Positions 8,491-17,404 of a stretch of DNA of 64,000 nt are shown here, one piece after another. The stretch spans positions 1,088 to 65,087 of the forward strand of contig NJEG01000018.1 of the NCBI GenBank assembly GCA_002254565.1, read 5' to 3'. Origin of the DNA: Candidatus Altiarchaeales archaeon ex4484_2 (lineage in GTDB: Archaea; Altiarchaeota; Altiarchaeia; IMC4; QMZM01). The notes under the pieces were generated by a model. It did not search any database. It was not told the DNA's origin and saw nothing but the letters and a program-made list of their open reading frames with translations. Positions within the stretch are counted from its first letter, which is position 1, and each line of letters begins with the position of its first letter. The translations under genes and the position numbers were made by a program.

Positions 8491-9705
8491 ATGATAGAGG
8501 ATTTTTTCGCTATCTCGATAAGGAATATATGGAACAAGGGAGTCAGGAGCTGGCTGACCATGATAGGGATCTTCATAGGGATAGCAGCCATCGTCTCATT
8601 GATGTCGCTGGGGGAGGGGCTGCAGAATGCCATGGACGAGCAGTTTGAATTACTTGGGTATAACATAATCTATGTTACGCCGGGGAGTTCATTAGTTTCG
8701 ATGGGAACCGGCACTGCAAAGCTTGACGATTACGACCTAAAAATAATTAAAAGAATCAGGGGGGTTGATCTTGCAGGCGGATTAATAACTAAACTAGCTA
8801 AGGTAAAGTTTAAGGATGAAACAGCATATATCCTGGTTTCAGGTGTGGATCCGAGGAGTACACAGGAAATACTCTTTGACAACACAGGCATTGAAATCCT
8901 GAAGGGACAGAAGAAATTCAGTGAAAGCGACAGATACAAGGCCTTCGTTGGATACGAACTCTGGGCAGGTAATGTCTTTGACAAACCGGTGGGTGTTGGA
9001 GACAGAATCACCGTGAATGATAAGAGATTCCAGGTTGTCGGCGAAATAAGCAGGATAGGCAACAGCCAGGATGACCTGAGTGTCTATATCCCCCAGGAGA
9101 CAATAAAAGACATTTTCGGGGTGGAGGATGAGTATATGTTGGTAATGGCGAGGGCTAAGCCCAACTACGATGTAGAGGATGTTGCGGAAGACATAAAGAA
9201 AGCCCTTAGAAAAGACCGCGGCCTTGATGAGGGAGACGAAGACTTTGGGGTGCAGACAATGAAGCAGATGAAGGATTCCGTCGGAATCGTACTGGATGGC
9301 GTGCAGGCGGTTGTTATAGGCATATCCCTTATCTCACTCTTCGTAGGTGGCATAGGGATAATGAACACAATGTATACCTCTGTTTTGGAGAAGACGCAGG
9401 AAATCGGGGTGATGAAGGCGATCGGTGCCAGGAACTCGGATATATCGCTTTTGTTTATGATTGAATCAGGCACTATAGGACTGGTTGGGGGAGTAATCGG
9501 GTGCCTGATTGGGGCAGGACTCAGTAAGGGGGTTGAATATATCGCAGTCGTTGAACTGGATCAGACCATGATTAAGGCAAGCATAACACCTGAACTAATC
9601 ATTGGCGCACTAGCCTTCTCCTTCATCGTCGGATGCATATCGGGTGTTCTCCCAGCTAGACAGGCAGCGCAGCTTAAGCCGGTGGACGCACTGAGATATG
9701 AGTGA
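8491..9705 (+). CDS. ABC transporter permease, FtsX/MacB family (second paralogue)
   Basis: Same architecture as the preceding gene (GVMKAIGARNSDISL...PARQAAQLKPVDALRY). Confidence 0.85.
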   Translation: MIEDFFAISIRNIWNKGVRSWLTMIGIFIGIAAIVSLMSLGEGLQNAMDEQFELLGYNIIYVTPGSSLVSMGTGTAKLDDYDLKIIKRIRGVDLAGGLITKLAKVKFKDETAYILVSGVDPRSTQEILFDNTGIEILKGQKKFSESDRYKAFVGYELWAGNVFDKPVGVGDRITVNDKRFQVVGEISRIGNSQDDLSVYIPQETIKDIFGVEDEYMLVMARAKPNYDVEDVAEDIKKALRKDRGLDEGDEDFGVQTMKQMKDSVGIVLDGVQAVVIGISLISLFVGGIGIMNTMYTSVLEKTQEIGVMKAIGARNSDISLLFMIESGTIGLVGGVIGCLIGAGLSKGVEYIAVVELDQTMIKASITPELIIGALAFSFIVGCISGVLPARQAAQLKPVDALRYE

Positions 9706-9706
9706 A

Positions 9707-10448
9707 CTATCTTATGTAGGTGGGCTGATCCATGGAGAACTGCCTGTCCATGGCCTTCTTCTGCTCGTCTATCATCTTGCTGACCTTCCCCATCTGCTCC
9801 TCCGTCTAACATACTGGTTAACACATTAAGCACAACTTCAGCTGATTTAGCATCTATTATCTGACCGTGGGTTTCACCCATAAGGCAGACAGCATCCATA
9901 TCCCTGTCCATTCCCAAACCAAGGAGAAGGCCTGAGGCGCCGAATATTGCTCCAGAACCCCTGAAGACCACACCATGCTCGCTTAACTCATCCACAAGAA
10001 CCTTGCTTGTGGCAGCTCCATAAACCTTAGGGTTCTTGGTTATGCTGCCGGTGCCTAAACCCCCTAAAGTGAAAATCCTACCAACACCAAGTTCCTCCGC
10101 GATATCAAGTGTTTTATCGGAGATCCTGTACTGGCTCTCAGGGGTCAAACCCTGGAATCCTCCCAATAGAAGAATCATGTCGTTTTTCTTGTTCTTCCAG
10201 TAGTAGAGGCCCATATTAACTAATTCCACGGTATTATCTTTCTGGATGTTAACCTGAGGTGGGAGATAGATAGAATATATTTCAGCGAACTTTTTCCCAT
10301 CCAGCTCATCCAAAAGATGATCTCCTGCAAGCTTGCCCACCAAACCCACACCCGGTAGACCCTCAATTAACACGGGATTATCCAGTTCAGGCCTCTCCAG
10401 CATCTTAACCCTGATGTCATCCATTTTAATGTTATTATCACTTAACAT
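9707..10448 (-). CDS. PAC2-family (proteasome assembly chaperone-like, COG1938) protein with an apparent frameshift near 9800
   Basis: LIEGLPGVGLVGKLA...FTLGGLGTG... is PAC2-like. After ...VLTSMLD the track frame becomes implausible (GGADGEGQQDDRRAEEGHGQ) and overlaps the permease gene by 145 nt. A second frame gives TEEQMGKVSKMIDEQKKAMDRQFSMDQPTYIR* ending at 9707. Confidence 0.7.
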
Positions 10449-10472
10449 ATTATTGCAAGCAGGTGCTTATAA

Positions 10473-11348
10473 ATGACTCCCAAGCCGTTGGAGAGGTATT
10501 ACTCGATACTATCTGGGAAAGAAAAGGCCAGGTATTTGTTGTGCCCCAGCCTAGGGGAGAAGATAAAAGCCGCTAAAAGAATACTGGAAAAGTGTATTTT
10601 CTGCGAGAGAAGGTGTGGAGTAAACAGAATCAAAGGGGAGATGGGATACTGCAGAGTTCTGGAAGCAAGGATTTCCTCGGAGTTCATACACTTGGGGGAG
10701 GAATCACATCTCGTGCCCTCACACACAATCTTCTTTTCAGGGTGTACTTTCAGGTGCGTTTACTGCCAGAACTACGACATAAGCTATTACCCTGAGAGAG
10801 GAATCTACTTCAGGCCTGAACAGCTCGTGGAAAAAATCAACAACAGGAACGCTAGGAATGTGAACTGGGTTGGAGGAGACCCGACACCTAATCTCGCATA
10901 CATCCTTGGAGTACTAGGTTGCCTGGGGAAGAACATACCGCAGGTATGGAACAGCAACATGTATCTTAGCGAGGAATCACTGAATCTACTGGATGGCGTA
11001 ATCGACGTATACCTGACGGACTTCAAGTACGGGAACGACGGGTGCGCTGAAAGATTATCTGATGTCAAAGGATATATGAGAATCATAAAAAGAAACCACC
11101 TGATAGCCAATAAACAGTGCGAGATGATTATAAGACATCTTGTTCTGCCAAACCACCTGGAATGCTGTACCAAGCCGATACTGGACTGGATTAAGGAAAA
11201 CCTTGATAACGTCTACGTTAATGTCATGGGACAGTACAGGCCGGAGTACAGGGTCATGGAATATGCGGACATTAATAGGCGCCTGCACTATGGCGAGCTT
11301 GAGGAGGCGGTCAGCTACGCTGAGAATCTGGGGCTGGATTTAATCTAA
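10473..11348 (+). CDS. radical SAM protein (PflX/COG1313-like activase family)
   Basis: CxxxCxxC motif CTFRCVYC, plus an N-terminal Cys cluster CIFCERRCGVNR...YC. Confidence 0.85.
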   Translation: MTPKPLERYYSILSGKEKARYLLCPSLGEKIKAAKRILEKCIFCERRCGVNRIKGEMGYCRVLEARISSEFIHLGEESHLVPSHTIFFSGCTFRCVYCQNYDISYYPERGIYFRPEQLVEKINNRNARNVNWVGGDPTPNLAYILGVLGCLGKNIPQVWNSNMYLSEESLNLLDGVIDVYLTDFKYGNDGCAERLSDVKGYMRIIKRNHLIANKQCEMIIRHLVLPNHLECCTKPILDWIKENLDNVYVNVMGQYRPEYRVMEYADINRRLHYGELEEAVSYAENLGLDLI

Positions 11349-11706
11349 GGAAAGAGATGAAGGACCCTATTAGTGCCCCCAGGGTATCAGCCACTAAATC
11401 CTCTAGACCGCATATTCTCCCTGGAACAAAAAACTGGTGTATCTCATCTGTTAAACCATACAGGGAAGCTAATAAAACAGCCAGGACGAAAACCCTTGCT
11501 CGGGTGCAGTCCCTGGTTGATGAAATCAGGGCATGCAGGAGAAAACCAAGTATGGAGTATTCTATTATGTGCTCTAGCATAGGAGCGTGTGGGTTTACAA
11601 CTGGCTGCGGTGGATGTGAGATAGAGGATAAAACATAAATCAGCAGCATATAAGAGAGGGTTGTAGCCCATAGTTTCTTGTTTTTTTGTTTATAGGATGA
11701 CCCCAT
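11311..11706 (-). CDS. VanZ-like membrane protein
   Basis: GLTDEIHQFFVPGRICGLEDLVADTLGALIG is VanZ-like. Start chosen at ATG 11706, directly after the stop (11708-11710) of the upstream gene. Confidence 0.6.
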   Translation of the reverse strand: MGSSYKQKNKKLWATTLSYMLLIYVLSSISHPPQPVVNPHAPMLEHIIEYSILGFLLHALISSTRDCTRARVFVLAVLLASLYGLTDEIHQFFVPGRICGLEDLVADTLGALIGSFISFLRLNPAPDSQRS

Positions 11707-11707
11707 T

Positions 11708-12106
11708 TTATCTTCGTGAAGGATGGGGTATGGAAGCGGATTCCTGGAGTATCCTATCCACAGAGGATGATATGCTTTCTTTAACGTTCTTTGCTGCGAT
11801 ACATATTGCCTTCCTCTGGTCTTCATGGACTTTGATATGGAAAAACCGCGAGTTGGATATATGCAAGTCGTTTTTTACCATCTCCAGCTTCAGACCGGAT
11901 TCGTCGACGTAAGGTCTTGAAACGCTACCTTCAAGGTATTTTCTGAGAACATCCCATGAAACTCTGACCTGTAGATTGTTTTTGGGTTGGTAGAATATGA
12001 TCTCTGTGATTTTTTTTTCTAAGTCAGCTGTGTACTCGAACTCTAGCTCCACAGTATACGTACACTCCCAGTGTTTAAATCCTCTCCTGAATCTGAGTAT
12101 GTTCAT
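11708..12106 (-). CDS. hypothetical protein
   Basis: Open frame with coding-like composition, tightly packed before the VanZ-like gene. I recognise no family. Confidence 0.4.
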   Translation of the reverse strand: MNILRFRRGFKHWECTYTVELEFEYTADLEKKITEIIFYQPKNNLQVRVSWDVLRKYLEGSVSRPYVDESGLKLEMVKNDLHISNSRFFHIKVHEDQRKAICIAAKNVKESISSSVDRILQESASIPHPSRR

Positions 12107-12191
12107 TCTCAACCAACCAACATCAAAAAACAAAAAAACTTGGATTAATATCTTAACTTTGGTAGTTTAAAAAACAAAAATGTTAAATAAA

Positions 12192-13523
12192 TCAGTAATA
12201 ATTAACCTCTCTACCCTTCTTTTCTTCATAGATTATACCCTCATCAAAAACAAGGTTGCCTCCGACAAAAGTCTTAACCGGCCAACCCTTCAGCGTCCTG
12301 CCAGCATAAGGGCTCCACCCACATTTAGTGAAAAGCTCCTCCTCCCTGACCACCTTCTCCCTATCCAGGTCAACAATAACCAAGTCAGCATCGAATCCCT
12401 TCTCTATTCTGCCCTTGTTTTTCACCCTGAAAACCCTGGCCGGATTCTCAGCAGTAATTTTTGCAATCAATTCAAGGGTTAACCTACTCTTATGTGTCTC
12501 ATTTAAGAGCAAAGGTAATGTTGTTTCCAGCTCAGGGAAACCAGCGCTCGCGGTGAAAACATCCCCCTCCTTGGATTCCCTCAAATGCGGAGCATGGTCT
12601 GAGGCAATCATATCTATTGTTCCATCAAATAAGCCCTCCCAGAGAGCGCCATTATCTACCTCAGACCTAAGAGGAGGGTTCACCCTACTGTAGGAGCCCA
12701 GCCTTCCCACATCATCCAGGCTGAGGAAGAGATGGTGGGGCGAGACCTCAGCAGTCAGTTGAGGGTCCTTGAACTTCCTTACCAGATTAACCTCCTCCAA
12801 AGTAGAGATATGAGCTACATGGAGCTTGTTTCCAGCAGACTTGGATAGATAAATCAATGAATTCAGGGATTCACTAGCACAGATATTACCTCTTGCTTTA
12901 GCATAAGTTAACGGACTAACATCCTCCCCTGACTCCTTAAGCGCGTTCATCCAGTAATCAATCATCACCTGGTTCTCGGCATGGACTGTGGAAATCAACT
13001 GCTTCTCTCCCAGTATCCTGAAATCCTCAAAGATTACTGCATCATTATCTATCAACAGACTACCTACAGTGGAACATGTGTAGAACTTCACTGAAGCAAT
13101 ACCCCCAAAGAGTTTCTTCAGTTCCTCCTGGTTGTCTGGTGTAGCAGCGAAATGGAAGCCGTAATCAACCAGAGACTTCCCTTTCACATTCTCCCTCTTC
13201 CTGGCCAGCTCCTCTATTGAGGTGGTTGGGGGTTGGGTATTGGGCATGTCGAATAACGTAGTGACGCCTCCCGCTACAGCAGCCTTGGAGCCTGTAACCC
13301 ACCCCTCCTTGGAGACCGCACCAGGCTCACGCATATGCACGTGCACGTCTATCATACCCGGTAGAATGTATTTTCCCCCAGCATCAACAACAGTATCAGC
13401 CTCAGGTAAGGCAGAGTCTTTAACTATATCCTTTATTTTACCAGCCCCTATAACAAGACCCGCATCAACAACCCCTTCAGGGAGGACCAGATGAGAATTT
13501 TTTATCACCAACTCAGCCATCAT
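12192..13523 (-). CDS. pyrC: dihydroorotase
   Basis: Amidohydrolase motifs DVHVHMREPG and ASDHAPH. 443 aa. Co-oriented with pyrK directly upstream. Confidence 0.85.
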   Translation of the reverse strand: MMAELVIKNSHLVLPEGVVDAGLVIGAGKIKDIVKDSALPEADTVVDAGGKYILPGMIDVHVHMREPGAVSKEGWVTGSKAAVAGGVTTLFDMPNTQPPTTSIEELARKRENVKGKSLVDYGFHFAATPDNQEELKKLFGGIASVKFYTCSTVGSLLIDNDAVIFEDFRILGEKQLISTVHAENQVMIDYWMNALKESGEDVSPLTYAKARGNICASESLNSLIYLSKSAGNKLHVAHISTLEEVNLVRKFKDPQLTAEVSPHHLFLSLDDVGRLGSYSRVNPPLRSEVDNGALWEGLFDGTIDMIASDHAPHLRESKEGDVFTASAGFPELETTLPLLLNETHKSRLTLELIAKITAENPARVFRVKNKGRIEKGFDADLVIVDLDREKVVREEELFTKCGWSPYAGRTLKGWPVKTFVGGNLVFDEGIIYEEKKGREVNYY

Positions 13524-13569
13524 GCTTAACTAAATAAAAAAAGAGAGTATATAAATCAAACTATATAGT

Positions 13570-14343
13570 CTATAGGTCAACCACCGCACCGGCTTTGTCT
13601 CTCCTGTATCGTCCGAACTCTGAATTCCTCAGCTGCCCTGCTTCAAAAACCGGGCCATCCCTGCAGACCATAAGACCCGAGTCATCTATGGAACAATGCC
13701 CGCAGACACCGATACTGCACTTTATATACCGCTCCAGGGTCAGCTGACAGAATATGTTTCTCTCCAAGGCGATATCCATCACCCTCTTCATCATAACCTC
13801 AGGCCCGCAGGTGCATATCTGGTCCACCCCCCCATCAACTAATTCCTCCAAGACATCGCATGTAGTTCCCTTCCGGCCGCAGCTGCCATCATCCGTGGTT
13901 AAATGGATTGTGGCCTCACCCTTTAGCCTCTTAAGTGGAACCAACGCCTCCCCTGTTTTTGCCCCGTGGATTACGGTAACTTCCCTATCCTCAGCTAAGG
14001 CTTCATCTATAAAAGGCAACAGTGGGGCGATTCCCACTCCGCCGGCAACAGCACATATGCTTTTACCCTTTAACTTGAAGTGCCCGTCCCCGTAGGGTCC
14101 CCTGAAACCAACCAGGTCCCCCTCCTCTAGGGTAAACATTTTCTCCGTGAAGGAACCAACTTTCCTAACCATTATCTTGACGTCTCCATCCAGTTTAGCG
14201 AAACCGAAGGGTTTCTCACCCTCTCCTGGAATCCATAACATACAGAACTGCCCAGGCCTCGCATCCACCCTCTTGTCTAAGGTGAACGTCTTAACTGTAG
14301 GATTCTCCATCCTAATCCCTGAAATCTCAACCATCTCAAGCAT
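13570..14343 (-). CDS. pyrK: dihydroorotate dehydrogenase electron-transfer subunit
   Basis: FNR-like fold (RPGQF, GGVGIAP) and C-terminal 2Fe-2S cluster CSIGVCGHCSID...VCRDGPVF. ATG 14343 lies 5 nt downstream of the GGTGAT SD core. Confidence 0.85.
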   Translation of the reverse strand: MLEMVEISGIRMENPTVKTFTLDKRVDARPGQFCMLWIPGEGEKPFGFAKLDGDVKIMVRKVGSFTEKMFTLEEGDLVGFRGPYGDGHFKLKGKSICAVAGGVGIAPLLPFIDEALAEDREVTVIHGAKTGEALVPLKRLKGEATIHLTTDDGSCGRKGTTCDVLEELVDGGVDQICTCGPEVMMKRVMDIALERNIFCQLTLERYIKCSIGVCGHCSIDDSGLMVCRDGPVFEAGQLRNSEFGRYRRDKAGAVVDL

Positions 14344-14345
14344 TC

Positions 14346-14464
14346 TCAATCACCCTCACCCATTCATGTGGTCTGATTTTATCGATGGTTTCATTCCTTC
14401 TCCATCATCTTCAAAAATTCCTGTCATTTTTGTCATCTTTGTCATAATTTATAGTTTATACCAT
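14346..14464. repeat. direct repeat copy A (119 bp): pyrK promoter/leader with 3 imperfect 9-bp units TGTCATYTT
   Basis: Aligned by eye to 17405-17550: 7 mismatches plus a 27-bp length difference caused by three extra 9-mers in the other copy. Confidence 0.85.
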
Positions 14465-14597
14465 ATTAATCTCGCCTTCCGCAGGCATTTTTTGTGCACC
14501 AGCCGGTGTCTATAGAATGTCCCGGTTCCTTTTTTTAACCGGTTTTTCACATACTGCGCATGTTTTAATATTCTCCATCTTCAATAAATGTGGTTAT

Positions 14598-14660
14598 TCA
14601 TTGGATTTCTTTTCTTTCTGTGAGGGATTTTTTGAATTCATTGATTCGGGATTCCTTCAT
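14598..14660 (-). pseudogene. 5' remnant of a third AlbA_2/Schlafen-like paralogue (MKESRINEFKKSLTERKEIQ*)
   Basis: The 20 codons match the MKESQTIEFKKSLAERKEI start of both full genes. Its ATG overlaps the TGA of the upstream paralogue (ATGA at 14657-14660). Confidence 0.6.
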
Positions 14661-15877
14661 TCTTTTGCGTAATCTTTTGCGTAATCTTTCTGCCTTTCGT
14701 TAAGCCCCAGCCTATGCAGATCCTCCAATACAGGAGGTAGTTTAAAAATGACAGCAAAAGAACCGGTGATATGCTCAAACTCCGGTTCAGGTATATTCCA
14801 CTCCTTGCATTGATCCATCATGTCCAGTGTTCCACTACCAACATCTTCGACATATTTCACCCAAAAGAGTTGTTTAAATAGCAGAGGATTTCTTGGAATT
14901 GAGCTGTGTTCCTTTTTCAAATCCTCTATGCTTATTTCTTTGGGTAGCGTTCCCGGACTCCAGATTTCAATTCTGTTATCGAAGATCCTCACCTGCACCT
15001 TGGATGGCGACCCATAATCTCTGTGTACAACAGCATTCACAATAGCCTCTCTTATCGCATCTGGCGGGTATTCATATCTCTCTTCCCTCTGAACCTTCTC
15101 GGGAACCAACCATATCGCCTTTCGTATATTTCGCAGAACAAAGTCTCTTGCATTATCGATCAGATCAAAAACGTTTCCCTCCAATGTCTGGAAGTCTATG
15201 TAGGGTTTAACGGGTTTGTTTCCAGAAAATCTGATACATTTCACCTCTGACTGCAAAAACATCGGCTCTTTACTGAAGAGTAGAACAGCAGCATTCGTCA
15301 GTTTCCCATTTCGGAGCAGCTTTAATTTCATCAATACTTCTTCAAGATGAGCCTCTTCAAGGATCTTTAATCCCCTCTGTTTTCGTGCTTCCTTCAGGAA
15401 CCATCTGACCTTCTCTTCATCGATATCCTCTAAAGTTGCTTCCTCACATATCTGGGAATCCCAGAGGAATTCTTTACCCTCAGAGAGAATCTGCCTCAGT
15501 TCATTCACATCGATCTTCTGGTTTGCCTTTCCAACCCTTTTAAACGCCACCGGAATTCTGTCTATCTTGACAAATACTGGTTTTACTTGGCTTTCTTTTA
15601 TCTCTACAACCAAAACAGATTTTTCTTTGATCTTCTTCACCTCAATAGAGGGATAGATTACGGGATTAGTATTCTGCTTAATCTCGTTACTCAGGTTCTC
15701 GATCTCTTTTCCCCTGATTTTTATTCCAACAATCTTCTTTACTGAACCGTCCTTGTTCTCGTCTATGCCAACGAATATCTCCCCTCCCTTGGAGTCTGCG
15801 AATGCTGAGATTGTTTCAAGGATTTCCTTCCTTTCAGCAAGAGATTTCTTGAATTCAATGGTTTGGGATTCTTTCAT
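14657..15877 (-). CDS. AlbA_2 (Schlafen-like) plus HATPase_c_4-like protein, COG2865 family, lacking the C-terminal HTH
   Basis: N-terminal ESQTIEFKKSLAERKEILETISAFADSKGGEIFVGIDE is AlbA_2-like. PPDAIREAIVNAVVHRDY is HATPase_c_4-like. The protein ends in a duplicated DYAKDYAKE encoded by a 12-bp tandem repeat. Confidence 0.75.
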   Translation of the reverse strand: MKESQTIEFKKSLAERKEILETISAFADSKGGEIFVGIDENKDGSVKKIVGIKIRGKEIENLSNEIKQNTNPVIYPSIEVKKIKEKSVLVVEIKESQVKPVFVKIDRIPVAFKRVGKANQKIDVNELRQILSEGKEFLWDSQICEEATLEDIDEEKVRWFLKEARKQRGLKILEEAHLEEVLMKLKLLRNGKLTNAAVLLFSKEPMFLQSEVKCIRFSGNKPVKPYIDFQTLEGNVFDLIDNARDFVLRNIRKAIWLVPEKVQREERYEYPPDAIREAIVNAVVHRDYGSPSKVQVRIFDNRIEIWSPGTLPKEISIEDLKKEHSSIPRNPLLFKQLFWVKYVEDVGSGTLDMMDQCKEWNIPEPEFEHITGSFAVIFKLPPVLEDLHRLGLNERQKDYAKDYAKE

Positions 15878-16008
15878 CTTTTAGCTTTTTTCAATCACCT
15901 TCACCCATTTATGATTTTTGATCTTTTCTATCTCTTTCTGGATTTTTGATTTCCTTGAATTTCATCTTTCCTCATGAATTGAATCGACGCATTTATTTTA
16001 CAGGGCTT

Positions 16009-16041
16009 CGTGCCATTTTCGTGCCATTTTCGTGCCATTTA
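16009..16041. repeat. 11-bp tandem repeat CGTGCCATTTT x3 abutting the stop codon of the 450-aa paralogue
   Basis: Read directly: units at 16009-16019, 16020-16030 and 16031-16041. The last unit contains the TAA on the minus strand. Confidence 0.8.
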
Positions 16042-17391
16042 TGTCAGTTCATAATATGTTTGCTTACTCTTTCCTTTTCTTTTGACTATCCCCTTTTTCA
16101 ATAGTCCTGTAAGATCTCTAAAAGCTGTTCTTTCAGAGCAACCAATTATTTTTACATATTCTGAACGAGTAATTTTTTTATGAATTTTTAAGTATCCTAT
16201 TGTCTTTTTTTGCCTCTTATTTAACTGCTCTAAAGTGTCTTCTGAGATCACATATTTCCTAAAGGTGATTACAAGACTCTTAGCAATTTCTTCAAATAAA
16301 GGTTCCAGAAGATCATGATCTAAGCATTCTCTTATGATTCTATTTGTTCCAGTTCCCCACTGCTCAATAAATCTTATCAAAAAGAAGCATTTTCCAATTA
16401 AAGGATTTCTCAGTATCGAATCGTGTTTTTTCTTCAGATCCTCTACAGTTAATGGTTCTGGTAGAGGTCCACAACCCCAGACCTCAATTCTATCGTCAAA
16501 GATCCTTACCTGAGTATTGCTTTGAATTTCATAGTTTCTATGACAAATGGCATTTGTTATTGCTTCTCTTATTGCCTCAATCGGATATTCCCATGTCTCG
16601 ACTCTTTCTGTTCCGACAATTTTTGCATGTAGTTTAATATGCTCTTTAACAAATTCAACTGCATCTTCCCTTTGGTCAATAATATTTCCTCCAAAGACTT
16701 TCATATCAATGAATTCCAGTGGTTCTGTTCCCTTAAATCTCGCACATCTGATCTCTGCCTGTAAAAAGGATCTTTGGGGGTTTTTACCAAATAGCAGGAT
16801 TGCAGCATTAGTAAGTTTTTTGTCTTTTATTAAATTTAGTCTTCTTAAAGCCTCCTCTACCGATATACTTGGATCAATCTCTAATCTTCTCTCGAACCTT
16901 GCCTTCCTTAAAAATTCCCTAACTGTCTTTTCATTAATATCCCTCAAGGTTGCTTCCTCACATATCTGGGAATCCCAGAGGAATTCCTTTCCCTCAGAGA
17001 TGATCCGCCTCAGTTCATTCACATCGATCTTCTGGTTTGTCCTTCCGACTCTCTTGAATGCTATTGGAATTTTATCAATTTTAGCAAACACAGGCTTTAA
17101 CTGGTTTTCTTTTACCTCAATAACCAAAACATCTTTCCCTTTAATCTTCTCCACCTCAATAGACGGAAATATCACTGGATCAGTATTTTGTTTAATCTCG
17201 TTACCTAAGTTTTCAATTTCCCTGCCTTTGATTTTAACTCCAACTACCTCTTTCATAGAACCGTCCTTGTTCTCGTCTATGCCAATGAATATCTGCCCTC
17301 CCTTGGAATTCGCAAACGCCGAAATCGTTTCAAGGATTTCCTTCCTTTCAGCAAGAGATTTCTTGAATTCAATGGTTTGGGATTCTTTCAT
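16039..17391 (-). CDS. AlbA_2 (Schlafen-like) plus HATPase_c_4-like plus C-terminal wHTH protein, COG2865 family
   Basis: About 80% aa identity to the neighbouring paralogue over the first 170 aa. EAIREAITNAICHRNY. C-terminal HTH-like KKITRSEYVKIIGCSERTAFRDLTGLLKKGIVKR. Confidence 0.8.
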   Translation of the reverse strand: MKESQTIEFKKSLAERKEILETISAFANSKGGQIFIGIDENKDGSMKEVVGVKIKGREIENLGNEIKQNTDPVIFPSIEVEKIKGKDVLVIEVKENQLKPVFAKIDKIPIAFKRVGRTNQKIDVNELRRIISEGKEFLWDSQICEEATLRDINEKTVREFLRKARFERRLEIDPSISVEEALRRLNLIKDKKLTNAAILLFGKNPQRSFLQAEIRCARFKGTEPLEFIDMKVFGGNIIDQREDAVEFVKEHIKLHAKIVGTERVETWEYPIEAIREAITNAICHRNYEIQSNTQVRIFDDRIEVWGCGPLPEPLTVEDLKKKHDSILRNPLIGKCFFLIRFIEQWGTGTNRIIRECLDHDLLEPLFEEIAKSLVITFRKYVISEDTLEQLNKRQKKTIGYLKIHKKITRSEYVKIIGCSERTAFRDLTGLLKKGIVKRKGKSKQTYYELT

Positions 17392-17404
17392 CTTTTAGCT
17401 TTTT

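Noticed and set aside
14346-14420. Apparent peptide-level conservation in the repeated leader ((D/E)KI(K/R).H.WV(R/K)VIE..* in all three copies, plus a 12-codon uORF MK(P/L)SIKS...).
   Set aside because: The longer frame has no start codon in any copy. Differences between copies are not biased toward synonymous sites (e.g. AAA/AGA, GGA/GAA). The similarity is explained by DNA-level identity of the leader.
16547-17398. 283-aa plus-strand ORF antisense to the 450-aa Schlafen-like gene.
   Set aside because: The translation is S/L/F-rich and low in complexity with no motifs. The opposite strand encodes a protein with clear AlbA_2/HATPase_c_4/HTH features and a close paralogue.
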